64,000 nucleotides of DNA from an uncultured Clostridia bacterium (GTDB lineage Bacteria > Bacillota > Clostridia > Christensenellales > UBA1242), in contig CALVYP010000003.1 of the NCBI GenBank assembly GCA_944372365.1, positions 2,029 through 66,028 of the forward strand, read 5' to 3'. Under the pieces are notes generated by a model. It made no database searches, was not told where the DNA came from, and saw only the letters and a program-made list of their open reading frames with translations. Both the position numbers and the translations under genes were made by a program. Every line of letters starts with the position of its first letter. Position 1 is the first letter of the stretch. Positions 8,533 to 18,830 of this stretch are shown one piece after another.

Positions 8533-9015
8533 ATGAACATTAAAAAAGGTGATAATGTTTTGGTTATTGCTGGTAAAGAAAAAGGCAAAGTTGGCAAAGT
8601 TTTGCAAACCAGCCCAAAAACTGGCAAGGTTACTGTTGAAAGCATCAACATGGTGACAAAACACAAGAAACCAAAATCACAACAAGATAAAGGCGGCATT
8701 ATCAAAAAAGTTGCTCCAATGGAAGCATCAAATGTTATGGTTGTTTGCCCAAACTGTGGCAAGGCAACCAGAATCAGCCACAAAGAAGTTGATGGCAAAA
8801 AAGTTCGCATTTGCAAAAAATGCGGAGCAAGCCTTGATAAAGAACATGTAAAAACTGTTAAAAAAGAGGCTAAAAAAGCTGAAAAAGCTGAAAAAACAGC
8901 AAAAAAAGCTGAAAATACTCAAAAAACTGATGCCAAAGTTGAAACTAAGGCAACAGAAGAAAAAGCAGTTAAAACTGCACCTAAAAAGTCGAAAACAACA
9001 TCGCAAGGTAAGTAA
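8533..9015 (+). CDS. rplX: 50S ribosomal protein L24, four-Cys form with a Lys/Ala/Glu-rich C-terminal extension
   Basis: KOW N-terminus, CPNCG...CKKCG, then a ~55-aa K-rich tail. Total 160 aa. Confidence 0.93.
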   Translation: MNIKKGDNVLVIAGKEKGKVGKVLQTSPKTGKVTVESINMVTKHKKPKSQQDKGGIIKKVAPMEASNVMVVCPNCGKATRISHKEVDGKKVRICKKCGASLDKEHVKTVKKEAKKAEKAEKTAKKAENTQKTDAKVETKATEEKAVKTAPKKSKTTSQGK

Positions 9016-9027
9016 GAGAGGTTCGCT

Positions 9028-9582
9028 ATGGCAAAAAAAGAACAAAACAGAATGGTTAAACTTTACAGAGAACAGGTTGTTCCAGCACTTACCGCTGAGT
9101 TTGGATACAAAAACATTAACGAAGTTCCAAAACTTGTTAAAATTGTTGTCAGCGCTGGGCTTGGAGATGTTAAAAGCAATTCAAAAAGCTTTAACATTGC
9201 CCTTGATGAACTTGCAGTAATCACTGGTCAAAAACCTGTGCCAACCGTTGCAAAAAAATCAATTTCAAACTTCTCACTCAGAGAAGGCCAAAAAATTGGT
9301 GCAAAGGTTACTCTTAGAGGCGAAAAGATGTATGAATTTTTTGACAGACTTATCTCAATCGCTCTGCCAAGAGTGAGAGACTTCCACGGTGTGCCTGCAA
9401 AAGCATTTGATGGCAGAGGAAACTATTCTCTCGGCATCAAAGAGCAGCTTATCTTTCCAGAAATTTCTTATGACAAAATAGAAAAAGTAAGGGGATTTGA
9501 TGTTTGCTTTGTAACAACTGCAAAAACTAATGCAGAAGCAAAGGCATTGTTAAAGGCACTTGGCATGCCTTTCAATAAGTAA
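9028..9582 (+). CDS. rplE: 50S ribosomal protein L5
   Basis: Conserved sequence and gene order. Confidence 0.96.
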   Translation: MAKKEQNRMVKLYREQVVPALTAEFGYKNINEVPKLVKIVVSAGLGDVKSNSKSFNIALDELAVITGQKPVPTVAKKSISNFSLREGQKIGAKVTLRGEKMYEFFDRLISIALPRVRDFHGVPAKAFDGRGNYSLGIKEQLIFPEISYDKIEKVRGFDVCFVTTAKTNAEAKALLKALGMPFNK

Positions 9583-9592
9583 GAGGTGAAGT

Positions 9593-9778
9593 ATGGCAAA
9601 AAAAGCACTTATTCAAAAACAACAAAAACCAGCAAAATATAAAACCAGAGAATACACTCGTTGCAGTTTGTGTGGCAGACCTCATGCGGTGCTTAAAAAA
9701 TACGGCATTTGCAGAGTTTGTTTTAGAGAACTTGCAAACAAGGGCGAAATCCCTGGCGTAAAAAAGGCTAGTTGGTAA
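9593..9778 (+). CDS. rpsN: 30S ribosomal protein S14 type Z (zinc form)
   Basis: 61 aa with CSLCGR...CRVC. Confidence 0.95.
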   Translation: MAKKALIQKQQKPAKYKTREYTRCSLCGRPHAVLKKYGICRVCFRELANKGEIPGVKKASW

Positions 9779-9788
9779 GGAGGAAAAA

Positions 9789-10190
9789 ATGTTATTAACA
9801 ACAGATTCAATCGCAGACATGCTTACAAGAATCAGAAACGCGCTTAAAGTTAAGCACGCTGATGTTGTTGTGCCTGCATCAAAAGAAAAAACCGCAATAG
9901 CAAAAATCCTCCTGGAAGAAGGCTATATCAATGCTTTTGAAATTAAAAGCAATGGCAAATATAACGACATTGTCATCACATTAAAATATGATGATGAAGG
10001 ACAAAGCGTTATTCAAGGCTTAAAAAGAATATCAAAACCAGGCCTTAGAGTTTATGCTCAGGCCGATAAAATTCCATATGTTATCAGTGGGCTTGGTATT
10101 GCAATAATCTCAACAAATAAAGGCATCGTAACCGACAAAGAAGCAAGAAAGCTTAATGTAGGTGGCGAAGTGCTTGCATTTGTTTGGTAA
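9789..10190 (+). CDS. rpsH: 30S ribosomal protein S8
   Basis: [13 protein letters not shown].. Confidence 0.96.
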   Translation: MLLTTDSIADMLTRIRNALKVKHADVVVPASKEKTAIAKILLEEGYINAFEIKSNGKYNDIVITLKYDDEGQSVIQGLKRISKPGLRVYAQADKIPYVISGLGIAIISTNKGIVTDKEARKLNVGGEVLAFVW

Positions 10191-10200
10191 GGAGGGCAAT

Positions 10201-10749
10201 ATGTCTAGAATTGGAAATAAACACATTTTAATTCCACAAGGAGTTACTGTAACATATGCAGATGGAGTTATAACAGTAAGTGGCAGCAAAGGCACATTGT
10301 CACAAACCATCAACAAAGTTATCACTCCAAAAATTGAAAACAACCAAGTGTTGTTTGTAAAAAATGATGCAGAGCAAGAAACCGATGCCATGCAAGGCCT
10401 TTATAGGGCGCTTGTTGCAAACATGGTTAAGGGCGTAAGCGAAGGATTTGAAAAAACAGTTGTCATCAACGGCGTTGGTTACAAAGCGCAAGTTAATGGC
10501 AAAAAACTTGTTTTGAATGTTGGTTTTTCTCATCCTGTTGAAATGGACATTCCGCAAGACCTTAATGTTGTTTGCCCATCAATCACCGAAATTAAAATTT
10601 CCGGCATTGATAAGCAAAGGGTTGGCCAATTTGCATCAAACATTCGCGATGTAAGACCTGTTGAACCATATCACGCATATGGCATCAGATACAGCGACGA
10701 AGTTGTTATCAGAAAAGTCGGAAAAGCCGCAGGCAAAGGTAAGAAATAG
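10201..10749 (+). CDS. rplF: 50S ribosomal protein L6
   Basis: [15 protein letters not shown].. with a GGAGGG RBS. The track start at 10162 is over-extended. Confidence 0.95.
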   Translation: MSRIGNKHILIPQGVTVTYADGVITVSGSKGTLSQTINKVITPKIENNQVLFVKNDAEQETDAMQGLYRALVANMVKGVSEGFEKTVVINGVGYKAQVNGKKLVLNVGFSHPVEMDIPQDLNVVCPSITEIKISGIDKQRVGQFASNIRDVRPVEPYHAYGIRYSDEVVIRKVGKAAGKGKK

Positions 10750-10760
10750 GGGGAAGGGCG

Positions 10761-11129
10761 ATGATTAACGTAAAAGATAAAAACAGTGAAAGAAAAGTTC
10801 GTCACGCAAGAGTTAGAAAGCATCTTTCTGGCACAAGCGCAAAACCAAGGCTTTGTGTTTACAGATCTTTAAACAAAATCTATGCTCAAATTATTGATGA
10901 TGAACGCAGGGTGACACTTGTTAGTGCTTCGTCCGTTGATAAAGAACTTGCCCCTTCTCTTGCTGGCAAAACCAAAACCGAGCAAGCAAAACTTATTGGT
11001 GAAGAGATTGCTAAACGCGCTAAAAAAGCAAAAATCAAAGAAGTTGTTTTTGATAGAGGCGGCTACATCTACACCGGCAGAGTTGCTGCTCTTGCTGAAG
11101 GCGCTAGAAGCGCTGGCTTGAAATTTTAG
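10761..11129 (+). CDS. rplR: 50S ribosomal protein L18
   Basis: Conserved sequence and gene order. Confidence 0.95.
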   Translation: MINVKDKNSERKVRHARVRKHLSGTSAKPRLCVYRSLNKIYAQIIDDERRVTLVSASSVDKELAPSLAGKTKTEQAKLIGEEIAKRAKKAKIKEVVFDRGGYIYTGRVAALAEGARSAGLKF

Positions 11130-11140
11130 GAGGAAGGGAA

Positions 11141-11683
11141 ATGGAAGAAGTTAAAAAAGATAAGAAATTTGAACCAAAATCCAGAGAAAACCGCCGCGCC
11201 CCAAGAGAAGACAACGGGTTTGAAAGCAAACTTGTTTGTGTTAGAAGGGTTACAAAGGTTGTCAAAGGTGGAAGAACGCTTCGTTTCTCTGCTCTTGTTG
11301 TAGTTGGCGATGGCAAAAACAGTGTTGGCATTGGCGTTGGCAAAGCAGCTGAAGTTCCAGCCGCTATTGACAAAGCAACTGCCACTGCTAAGAAAAACAT
11401 GCACTTAATTCGCGTTGTTGACGGCACAATTCCTCATGAAGTTACTGGAAAGTTTGGCTCTTCAAACATCATCATGCTTCCTGCTAAGCAAGGAACTGGT
11501 GTAATCGCAGGTGGCAGCGCTCGTGCAGTTTTGGAACTTGCTGGCATTAAGGATATAGTTACAAAAATCCACGGCTCTACAAACAAAATCAACGCGGTTA
11601 AGGCAACCATGAACGGACTGATTGCTCTTCGCACTCGTGAAGAGATTGCAGCTCGTCGTGGCAAAAACCCAGAGGAAATATAG
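11141..11683 (+). CDS. rpsE: 30S ribosomal protein S5
   Basis: Conserved sequence and gene order. Confidence 0.96.
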   Translation: MEEVKKDKKFEPKSRENRRAPREDNGFESKLVCVRRVTKVVKGGRTLRFSALVVVGDGKNSVGIGVGKAAEVPAAIDKATATAKKNMHLIRVVDGTIPHEVTGKFGSSNIIMLPAKQGTGVIAGGSARAVLELAGIKDIVTKIHGSTNKINAVKATMNGLIALRTREEIAARRGKNPEEI

Positions 11684-11692
11684 GAGGGCATT

Positions 11693-11878
11693 ATGGCAGA
11701 GAAAACTATAAAAGTTACTTGGGTTAAGTCAACAATCGGTTACAACAAAAAACAAGCAAAAATAGTCGAAGCATTGGGCTTTAAAAAACTTGGTCAAACA
11801 AGGGTTTTGCCTGATAATGCAAGCATCAGAGGAAGCATCTTCCTTGTTAAGCATTTGCTTAAAGTGGAAGAGGAGTAG
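11693..11878 (+). CDS. rpmD: 50S ribosomal protein L30
   Basis: 61 aa; position between S5 and L15. Confidence 0.93.
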   Translation: MAEKTIKVTWVKSTIGYNKKQAKIVEALGFKKLGQTRVLPDNASIRGSIFLVKHLLKVEEE

Positions 11879-11887
11879 GAGGATATT

Positions 11888-12334
11888 ATGCAGATAGGAG
11901 ATCTTAAACCTGCCCAAGGCGCAACCACTAAAAAAGTTAGGGTTGGCAGAGGTATTGGAAGCGGCATTGGCAAAACAAGTGGCAAAGGTCACAAAGGCCA
12001 AAACGCTAGAAGCGGCGGGGGAGTTAAGGCTGGATTTGAAGGCGGAAACATTCCTCTTATTCGTAAAATTCCAATCAGAGGCTTTAATAACAAAAACTTT
12101 AAAAAAGTTTATTCAACAATCAATGTTGGTGAGCTTGAGGTGCTTGAACCAAACACTGAAGTTGACATCAACATGCTTTATGAAAACAGATTCATTGGCA
12201 AAATTCAGCCTTATGGATTAAAAATTCTTGGAAACGGAGAGCTTACAAAGCCACTTATCATAAAGGCTAAAAAAGTTACCGCAGCTGCTAAAGAGAAAAT
12301 CGAAAAGGTTGGCGGAAAAATTATTGAGGAGTAA
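11888..12334 (+). CDS. rplO: 50S ribosomal protein L15
   Basis: Conserved Gly-rich N-terminus and gene order. Confidence 0.95.
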   Translation: MQIGDLKPAQGATTKKVRVGRGIGSGIGKTSGKGHKGQNARSGGGVKAGFEGGNIPLIRKIPIRGFNNKNFKKVYSTINVGELEVLEPNTEVDINMLYENRFIGKIQPYGLKILGNGELTKPLIIKAKKVTAAAKEKIEKVGGKIIEE

Positions 12335-12337
12335 GTT

Positions 12338-13642
12338 ATGTTTAAAACCCTTTATAGCGCTTTCAAGATAAAAGATGTTAGAAGAAAGTTACTTTTAACG
12401 CTTCTTCTTCTTTTCATATACAGGCTTGGTTGTTGGCTGCCAATTCCGGGCTTTGACATTGAAGCGATTATTGGCGAAACAAATTTATCAAACAGCACAA
12501 GCATTTTCGGCTTGATGAACTTGCTTAGCGGTAACGCACTGCAAAACTGTTCTGTGCTGGCGCTTGGCGTGTCGCCGTATATTACAGCAAGCATTGTCAT
12601 TCAACTTTTAACAGTTGCAATTCCAGCGCTTGAAAGGCTTTCAAAGCAAGGTGAAGATGGCAAAAGAAAAATAAATCTTTACACCAGAATTGCCGCTCTT
12701 GTGCTTTCAATCGCGCAGGCAGTTGGCATTGTTGTGGCATACAGCGATGGCCTTGATGTAAACAACGCACTTTGGGCAGGCGCTCCAACTTGGCTTATCG
12801 GCATGGGCGTTGTAATCATCTTAGTTGCAGGCGGTATGTTTACAGTTTGGATTGGTGAAAGAATCACTGATTTAGGTGTTGGCAACGGCATGAGCTTGCT
12901 TATCTTTGTGGGCATTTTGTCTTCAAGCATGAGCTCTATTGCACAGGCAATTGCTCTTGCAACCGAAGATATAACCATTGTTTGGACAATCGTTTTATAT
13001 CTTATTGCAGTTATCTTAATCTTTGGTTTGATTGTTTTTGTAGACGGCGCAGAAAGAAAAGTGCCAATTCAATATGCAAAACAAATTAAAGGCAGAAAAA
13101 TGTATGGCGGGCAAAGCACATTTATTCCAATCAAAGTTAATGGTTCGGGCGTTATCCCAATCATCTTTGCAAGTGCTTTGTTAACATTCCCACAACTTAT
13201 CATTTCAATTTTTGCGCCAGAGTCAACATGGTATCAACAATGGCTTGGCACAAATTCATGGCTTTATATTGTTTTGCTTGCATTGTTAATCTTGGCATTC
13301 TCGTTCTTCTATGCACAAATCACATTCAACCCAGAAGATGTAAGCAAACGCATTCAACAGCAGGGTGGTTTTATACCGGGAATCAGGGCTGGCAAACCAA
13401 CCGCAGAATATTTAAAGAAAATTTCAAGAAGAATCACACTTTTTGGTGCAATCTTCTTGGCAATCATTGCACTCATTCCATCGCTCGCGTTTAAGGCGAT
13501 TGGCGATTCACTTAGTTGGGGAGTGTTGATCAACGCATTCAGCGCAACAGGGCTTATGATTCTTGTTAGCGTGGCGCTTGAATTTGACAAGCAGCTTGAA
13601 GCGCAAATGCTTATGAGAAACTATAAAGGTTTCTTAAACTAA
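12338..13642 (+). CDS. secY: Preprotein translocase subunit SecY
   Basis: 434-aa polytopic membrane protein at the conserved position. Confidence 0.96.
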   Translation: MFKTLYSAFKIKDVRRKLLLTLLLLFIYRLGCWLPIPGFDIEAIIGETNLSNSTSIFGLMNLLSGNALQNCSVLALGVSPYITASIVIQLLTVAIPALERLSKQGEDGKRKINLYTRIAALVLSIAQAVGIVVAYSDGLDVNNALWAGAPTWLIGMGVVIILVAGGMFTVWIGERITDLGVGNGMSLLIFVGILSSSMSSIAQAIALATEDITIVWTIVLYLIAVILIFGLIVFVDGAERKVPIQYAKQIKGRKMYGGQSTFIPIKVNGSGVIPIIFASALLTFPQLIISIFAPESTWYQQWLGTNSWLYIVLLALLILAFSFFYAQITFNPEDVSKRIQQQGGFIPGIRAGKPTAEYLKKISRRITLFGAIFLAIIALIPSLAFKAIGDSLSWGVLINAFSATGLMILVSVALEFDKQLEAQMLMRNYKGFLN

Positions 13643-13650
13643 GGCTATTT

Positions 13651-13701
13651 CAATGGGAGGTTTTCCTCCCATTGTGAGCAATAGTGAAAGGCGACTTTCA
13701 C
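13651..13701 (+). other. Two intergenic stem-loops between secY and adk
   Basis: CAATGGGAGG-tttt-CCTCCCATTG (13651-13674) and GTGAAAG-gcga-CTTTCAC (13684-13701). Neither is followed by a T-run. Confidence 0.6.
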
Positions 13702-13737
13702 AAAAAATGGGCAAACGCCGCAAAAAAAGGAGAGATT

Positions 13738-14370
13738 ATGAAACTTGTTCTTTTAGGTGCAGCAGGAAGTGGCAAAGGCACTCTTGCAAAAAAGATTACC
13801 GCTGATTTTGACATTCCACAAATTTCAACTGGCGATCTTTTTAGAGAAATTGTAAAATCTTCTTCGCCGCTTGGAGAACTTGTTAAAAGTTATCTCGATA
13901 AAGGCGCGCTTGTTCCAAATGAAGTTACTTTTGATGTTCTAAAAAACAGAATTTCACAAGAAGATTGCAAAAACGGTTTTATTTTAGACGGCTTTCCAAG
14001 GTCGTTAGATCAAGCCCAAATGCTTGCTAAACTTACAGCTGTTGATGCAGTAATCAGCGTGGAACTTGATTTTGAAGAGCTTGAAAAAAGATTGATTTCA
14101 AGAAGAACTTGCCCAAAATGTGGCGACATTGACAATGTCAATTACGCAGGCTTTACTGGTAATTGCAGAAAATGTGGCACAAAACTGTTTCAGCGTGATG
14201 ACGATAAACCTGAAGCAATAAAAGCTCGTCTGGAAGTTTATAAAAACAACATAACACCACTTATAAACTTCTACGGTGATAAGGTGTTTAAAGTTTCAAG
14301 CGCTGGCTCGCCAGAACAAACTTATGCACCTGTTAAAACTTTTTTAGTTAAATTGGAGGCAAAAATTTGA
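13738..14370 (+). CDS. adk: Adenylate kinase (zinc-lid form)
   Basis: MKLVLLGAAGSGKGT.. and CPKCG...CRKCG. RBS AAGGAGAG. The track start at 13684 is over-extended. Confidence 0.95.
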   Translation: MKLVLLGAAGSGKGTLAKKITADFDIPQISTGDLFREIVKSSSPLGELVKSYLDKGALVPNEVTFDVLKNRISQEDCKNGFILDGFPRSLDQAQMLAKLTAVDAVISVELDFEELEKRLISRRTCPKCGDIDNVNYAGFTGNCRKCGTKLFQRDDDKPEAIKARLEVYKNNITPLINFYGDKVFKVSSAGSPEQTYAPVKTFLVKLEAKI

Positions 14371-15110
14371 ACCATTTAACGCCAGCAGAGATTGTTTTAA
14401 TGAAAAAGGCTGGGCAGCTTACTCGCGATGCATTAAATTATGCTCAAACCTTGATTAAGCCGGGCATTTCAACATTAGAACTTGACAACTGCGTAAAAAA
14501 GTTTATAATAAACAGTGGTGGTCAGCCATCTTTTTTGGGTTATGAAGGCTTTCCGGCAAGCATTTGTGCATCTGTAAACGATATGGTTGTGCATGGCATT
14601 CCATCAGCTGACATCATCTTAAAAGAAGGCGACATTATCAGCATCGATATAGGCGTGATTTACAAAGGCTATAACGGCGATGCTGCAAGAACTTTTCCTG
14701 TTGGAAAAATCTCCGCCGAAAAGGCAAGGCTTATTGATGTTACAAAGCAAAGTTTTTTTGAAGGCATCAAGCATTTAAAAGTTGGTGGCAGATTGGGCGA
14801 AGTTTCTCACGCCATACAAACATATGCCGAAAAGCATGGTTACAGTGTGGTTAGAGAGCTTGTTGGTCATGGCATTGGCAGAAAAATGCATGAATCGCCA
14901 AACATACCAAACTATGGCAAGCCAACTGATGGGCCGATTGTCACCGAAGGCGCGTGCCTTGCAATAGAACCTATGATAAACATGGGCAAAAAAGAAATTG
15001 CAATGCTTCGCGATGGTTGGGGAATCGTAACCAAAGATCACATGCCATCAGCACACTATGAAAACACTGTTTATGTGACATCAGACGGCGTGGAAATTTT
15101 AACCTTGTAG
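14367..15110 (+). CDS. map: Type I methionine aminopeptidase
   Basis: Conserved sequence. The TTG start overlaps the adk stop by 4 nt. Confidence 0.92.
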   Translation: MNHLTPAEIVLMKKAGQLTRDALNYAQTLIKPGISTLELDNCVKKFIINSGGQPSFLGYEGFPASICASVNDMVVHGIPSADIILKEGDIISIDIGVIYKGYNGDAARTFPVGKISAEKARLIDVTKQSFFEGIKHLKVGGRLGEVSHAIQTYAEKHGYSVVRELVGHGIGRKMHESPNIPNYGKPTDGPIVTEGACLAIEPMINMGKKEIAMLRDGWGIVTKDHMPSAHYENTVYVTSDGVEILTL

Positions 15111-15117
15111 GTGAACT

Positions 15118-15384
15118 ATGCAAGTTGGAGATATTGTTAAAGCAACAAAAGGAAAAGCAAAAGAAAGTTTCTTTGTGGTTGTGAAAATTGAAGATGGATT
15201 TGCCTATATTGCAAACGGCAAACAAGTTTCAGTTTTTAAACCAAAAAAGAAAAATTTCAAACACATTCAAAAAGTTTCAAAACAAAGATTTTTGCTTAGC
15301 GATGAAAAAGATATTAAAGTCGACGCCGCTGTGCGAAAATATCTAAAAACTCAAAAGGAGAGGATATGTCAAAAGAAGATGTAA
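15118..15384 (+). CDS. KOW-domain RNA-binding protein (YbzG-like)
   Basis: [23 protein letters not shown]-like N-terminus; sits in the map-infA slot, as in other Firmicutes. Confidence 0.6.
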   Translation: MQVGDIVKATKGKAKESFFVVVKIEDGFAYIANGKQVSVFKPKKKNFKHIQKVSKQRFLLSDEKDIKVDAAVRKYLKTQKERICQKKM

Positions 15385-15587
15385 TTGAATTTGAAGGTGT
15401 GGTTGAGGAATTATTGCCTAATTCCACATTTAAAGTTCGCCTCATCAACGGGCATGTCATTATCGCTTACATCTCAGGCAAACTCAGGGTGCATTGCATT
15501 CGAGTTGTTGAGGGAGATAAAGTAAAAGTCGAAATGAGCCCTTACGATCTTACAAAAGGTCGAATCACATGGCGAGACAAGGGCTAA
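15366..15587 (+). CDS. infA: Translation initiation factor IF-1
   Basis: [20 protein letters not shown].. Confidence 0.96.
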   Translation: MSKEDVIEFEGVVEELLPNSTFKVRLINGHVIIAYISGKLRVHCIRVVEGDKVKVEMSPYDLTKGRITWRDKG

Positions 15588-15600
15588 GAAGGAGTAAATT

Positions 15601-15717
15601 ATGAAAGTAAGAGCATCCGTAAAACCTATTTGCGATAAGTGCAAGGTTATTAAAAGAGACGGAAAAGTTATGGTTATTTGCCCAAAAAGTGCTAAGCACA
15701 AACAAACTCAGGGCTAA
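15601..15717 (+). CDS. rpmJ: 50S ribosomal protein L36 (38 aa, below the track cutoff)
   Basis: [38 protein letters not shown]. Confidence 0.95.
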   Translation: MKVRASVKPICDKCKVIKRDGKVMVICPKSAKHKQTQG

Positions 15718-15734
15718 AATTAAGGAGAAAAAAT

Positions 15735-16112
15735 ATGGCAAGAATTGCAGGTGTAGACCTTCCAAGAGAAAAAAGATTAGAAATAGGGCTTACCTATATC
15801 TATGGTATCGGCCAAGTTACAGCCGGTAAAATTTGTGCTGAAACAAAAATCAGCCCAGACATCAGGGTTAAAGATTTGACTGATGATCAAATTGCTAAAC
15901 TTCGTTCTTACATTGAACATAATGTAACTGTTGAAGGAGATCTTAGAAAAAAAGTTAGCCTTGATATTAAAAAATTAAATGAAATGGGCTGCTATCGTGG
16001 CATTCGTCACCGCAAAGGGCTTCCTGTTCGCGGACAGAACACACGAAATAATTGCAGAACAAGAAAAGGGCCAAGAAGAGTAGTTGCAGGCTCATCTAAG
16101 AAGGGTAAATAA
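15735..16112 (+). CDS. rpsM: 30S ribosomal protein S13
   Basis: [14 protein letters not shown].. Confidence 0.96.
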   Translation: MARIAGVDLPREKRLEIGLTYIYGIGQVTAGKICAETKISPDIRVKDLTDDQIAKLRSYIEHNVTVEGDLRKKVSLDIKKLNEMGCYRGIRHRKGLPVRGQNTRNNCRTRKGPRRVVAGSSKKGK

Positions 16113-16123
16113 GGAGATAAACA

Positions 16124-16537
16124 ATGGCAACAAAAACTAACACAAAAAACAAAAAAACAACCACCAGAGTTAGAAAAAGAGTTTCTAAAAACATTTCTAG
16201 TGGGCAAGTGCACATTAAAACTTCTTTCAACAACACAATTGTAACCTTCACAGATGCAGAAGGCAATGTTGTTTCATGGTGCAGTTCTGGCAAGCTTGGG
16301 CTTAAAGGCTCTAAAAAAAGCACGCCATTTGCTGCTCAAACATGCGTTGAAGAAGCCGCAAAAATTGCAAAAGAACATGGCCTCAACTCGGTTGAAGTTT
16401 ATGTTAAAGGCCCAGGCAGCGGAAGAGAAGCTGCAATCAGGGCTCTTCAAAATTGTGAACTCAATGTAACTCTTATCAAGGATGTTTCTCCAATCGCGCA
16501 TAATGGATGCAGACCTCCTAAGGTTAGAAGAGTTTAA
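16124..16537 (+). CDS. rpsK: 30S ribosomal protein S11
   Basis: Conserved sequence and gene order. Confidence 0.96.
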   Translation: MATKTNTKNKKTTTRVRKRVSKNISSGQVHIKTSFNNTIVTFTDAEGNVVSWCSSGKLGLKGSKKSTPFAAQTCVEEAAKIAKEHGLNSVEVYVKGPGSGREAAIRALQNCELNVTLIKDVSPIAHNGCRPPKVRRV

Positions 16538-16551
16538 AAGGAGAAAAACTT

Positions 16552-17178
16552 ATGGCAAGAACTATTGAACCTGACTGCCGTCAGTGCAGAAGAGAAGGGT
16601 GCAAACTTTTCCTTAAAGGCGAAAGATGCACCACAAAAAAATGTGCTATGGAAAGGCGTCCAGTCATTCCTGGTCAGCACGGAAATTCACGCAGAAGAGT
16701 TACATTCACAGAATATGGCTCGCAGCTTCGTGAAAAACAAAAAATTAAAAGAATTTATGGCTTGTTAGAAAACCAGATGCGCACTTATTATGAAGAAGCA
16801 GAAAGAATGAAAGGCGTAACTGGCGACAACATGCTTTCCCTTATTGAAAGAAGGCTTGACAATGTTGTATACCGCATGGGAATTGGCGCAAGCAGAAAGC
16901 AAAGCCGTCAAATGGTTAACCATGGGCTTATAACAGTTAATGGCAGACGAGTTGACATTGCATCATTCATTGTTAAAGTTGGTGATGAAATTGCTGTCAA
17001 AGAAAATAAACTTGAAAAAACCATGATCAAAGCACTTAAAGGCATGAAAATTGTTATGCCAAAATGGCTTGAATTTAACAGTGAAACTTTGAAGGGCAAA
17101 ATTCTTGCACTTCCACAAAGAGATGATGTTGACGCTGACATTAAAGAGCGTCTTGTAATCGAACTTTATTCGAGATAA
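16552..17178 (+). CDS. rpsD: 30S ribosomal protein S4 (zinc-finger form)
   Basis: CRQCRREG.KLFLKGERC; S4 domain. Confidence 0.95.
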   Translation: MARTIEPDCRQCRREGCKLFLKGERCTTKKCAMERRPVIPGQHGNSRRRVTFTEYGSQLREKQKIKRIYGLLENQMRTYYEEAERMKGVTGDNMLSLIERRLDNVVYRMGIGASRKQSRQMVNHGLITVNGRRVDIASFIVKVGDEIAVKENKLEKTMIKALKGMKIVMPKWLEFNSETLKGKILALPQRDDVDADIKERLVIELYSR

Positions 17179-17194
17179 TTGGGGGGATAAAATT

Positions 17195-18148
17195 ATGATG
17201 GAAATGGAAAAACCAAAAATTGTTTGTGAAGAAACCGAAGGCGGATCTTATGCTAGATTTACCGTTGAACCACTTGAAAAAGGCTACGGCATCACACTTG
17301 GAAACTGCATGAGAAGAACACTTCTCTCTTCGCTTCCAGGCTCAGCGCCAATCGCCGTTAGAATTGCAGGTGTGCCACACGAGTTTTCAACAATCAGAGG
17401 CGTTACAGAAGATGTTGTTGACATAATTTTAAATTTAAAAACACTTTTTGTTAAATGCAGCAATAAGGATAGAGATTTTGTAACATTTTTAAGATTGAGA
17501 AAACAGGGCGCAGGCGAAGTTACTGCAAAGGATTTTGAGCCTAACGATGAAGTTGAAATTTTAAATCCAGATCTCCACATCTGCACTATGGACGATGGCG
17601 CAGTGCTTGATATGGATGTTATGATTGGCAACGGAAGAGGTTATGTTCCAAGCGCACAAAACAAAACAAAGTTTGACAACATTGATTTTATTGCAATGGA
17701 TTCACTTTTCTCACCAGTTAAAAGAGTTAACTTCACTGTTGAGGCAACTCGTGTTGGGCAGAGCGTAGACTTTGACAAACTTGTTTTAGAAGTTGAAACA
17801 AATGGCACAACCAAAGCAACTGAAATTGTTTCTCTTGCAGGAAAAATCATGATGGAACATGTTGCTCTCTTTGTAGAACTTTGTGAAGATATGGCAAACG
17901 AGCAAATTTTGGTTTCAAAGGAAGAAGACAAACAGGTTAAAATTTTGGAACTTCCAATTGAAGAAATGGATCTTTCAGTAAGATCTTACAACTGCCTCAA
18001 ACGCGCAGGCGTTAACACAGTTGAAGACATTGTGAAGAAATCAAGAGCCGATATGCTTAAAGTTAAAAACCTTGGCATCAAATCTATCGACGAGGTTATT
18101 CAAAAACTTGAAAGTTATGGCCTTTCACTTCGCAAAGATGAAGAATAA
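17195..18148 (+). CDS. rpoA: DNA-directed RNA polymerase subunit alpha
   Basis: Conserved N-terminal and C-terminal domains (LSVRSYNCLKRAG). Confidence 0.96.
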   Translation: MMEMEKPKIVCEETEGGSYARFTVEPLEKGYGITLGNCMRRTLLSSLPGSAPIAVRIAGVPHEFSTIRGVTEDVVDIILNLKTLFVKCSNKDRDFVTFLRLRKQGAGEVTAKDFEPNDEVEILNPDLHICTMDDGAVLDMDVMIGNGRGYVPSAQNKTKFDNIDFIAMDSLFSPVKRVNFTVEATRVGQSVDFDKLVLEVETNGTTKATEIVSLAGKIMMEHVALFVELCEDMANEQILVSKEEDKQVKILELPIEEMDLSVRSYNCLKRAGVNTVEDIVKKSRADMLKVKNLGIKSIDEVIQKLESYGLSLRKDEE

Positions 18149-18160
18149 AAGGAGAGAACA

Positions 18161-18670
18161 ATGGCTAACGATAAACTTGGCAGACCATCTAAAGAAAGAA
18201 GTGCTATGCTTAGAGGTTTAGTGACCGATCTTCTTTGGTATGGTAAAATTCAAACAACCCTTGCAAAAGCAAAGTCTGTTCGTTCTGAAGCCGAAAAACT
18301 TTTAACCGCAGCAATCAAAACCTATAAAGACACCGTTACTGTCACAAAAGAAATTAAAGATGACAAGGGTGTTAAGGTTAAAACCGAAGTTGTAAACGAC
18401 GGGCCAAAGAAACTTGCTGCAAGAAGAAAAATCATGGCTTATGTTTATGATAGGCAAGAACAGCGCGCAGATAAAGAGTCAAAAACAGCATTTCAAGCAA
18501 GAGTGGAAGGCATCAATCATCCGCTTTTGGAAAAGATTTTTAATGTTTACGCTCCAAAGTATGCAGAGCGTGCTGAAAAGCTTGGCCAAGGTGGCGGATA
18601 CACTCGCATCATCAAACTTGGCATGCGCAAAGGCGATGCTGCCCAAATGGCAGTGATCGAACTGATCTAA
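18161..18670 (+). CDS. rplQ: 50S ribosomal protein L17 (long form, 169 aa)
   Basis: KLGRPSKERSAMLRGL.. and the ..GGYTRIIKLG.R.GD end; there is an internal insertion relative to the ~120-aa forms. Confidence 0.93.
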   Translation: MANDKLGRPSKERSAMLRGLVTDLLWYGKIQTTLAKAKSVRSEAEKLLTAAIKTYKDTVTVTKEIKDDKGVKVKTEVVNDGPKKLAARRKIMAYVYDRQEQRADKESKTAFQARVEGINHPLLEKIFNVYAPKYAERAEKLGQGGGYTRIIKLGMRKGDAAQMAVIELI

Positions 18671-18701
18671 TAAACCAAATCGCGAGGGCGAACAAAAAAT
18701 T

Positions 18702-18741
18702 ATCGCGGGCACGGCTTAAAACCCTAACCGCGATTTTTTTA
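18702..18741 (+). terminator. Terminator-like hairpin after rplQ
   Basis: ATCGCGG ... CCGCGAT stem with a large loop, followed by a T-run. Confidence 0.5.
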
Positions 18742-18761
18742 CAAAAAATTTAGAATGTAAG

Positions 18762-18786
18762 AGATAGAAAATTCTATCTTTTTTTA
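18762..18786 (+). terminator. Second terminator after rplQ
   Basis: AGATAGAA-aa-TTCTATCT stem followed by a T-run. Confidence 0.6.
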
Positions 18787-18830
18787 TATAATCAATAGCA
18801 CGAAAAAATATTTTTTTCATATTATTTAAT

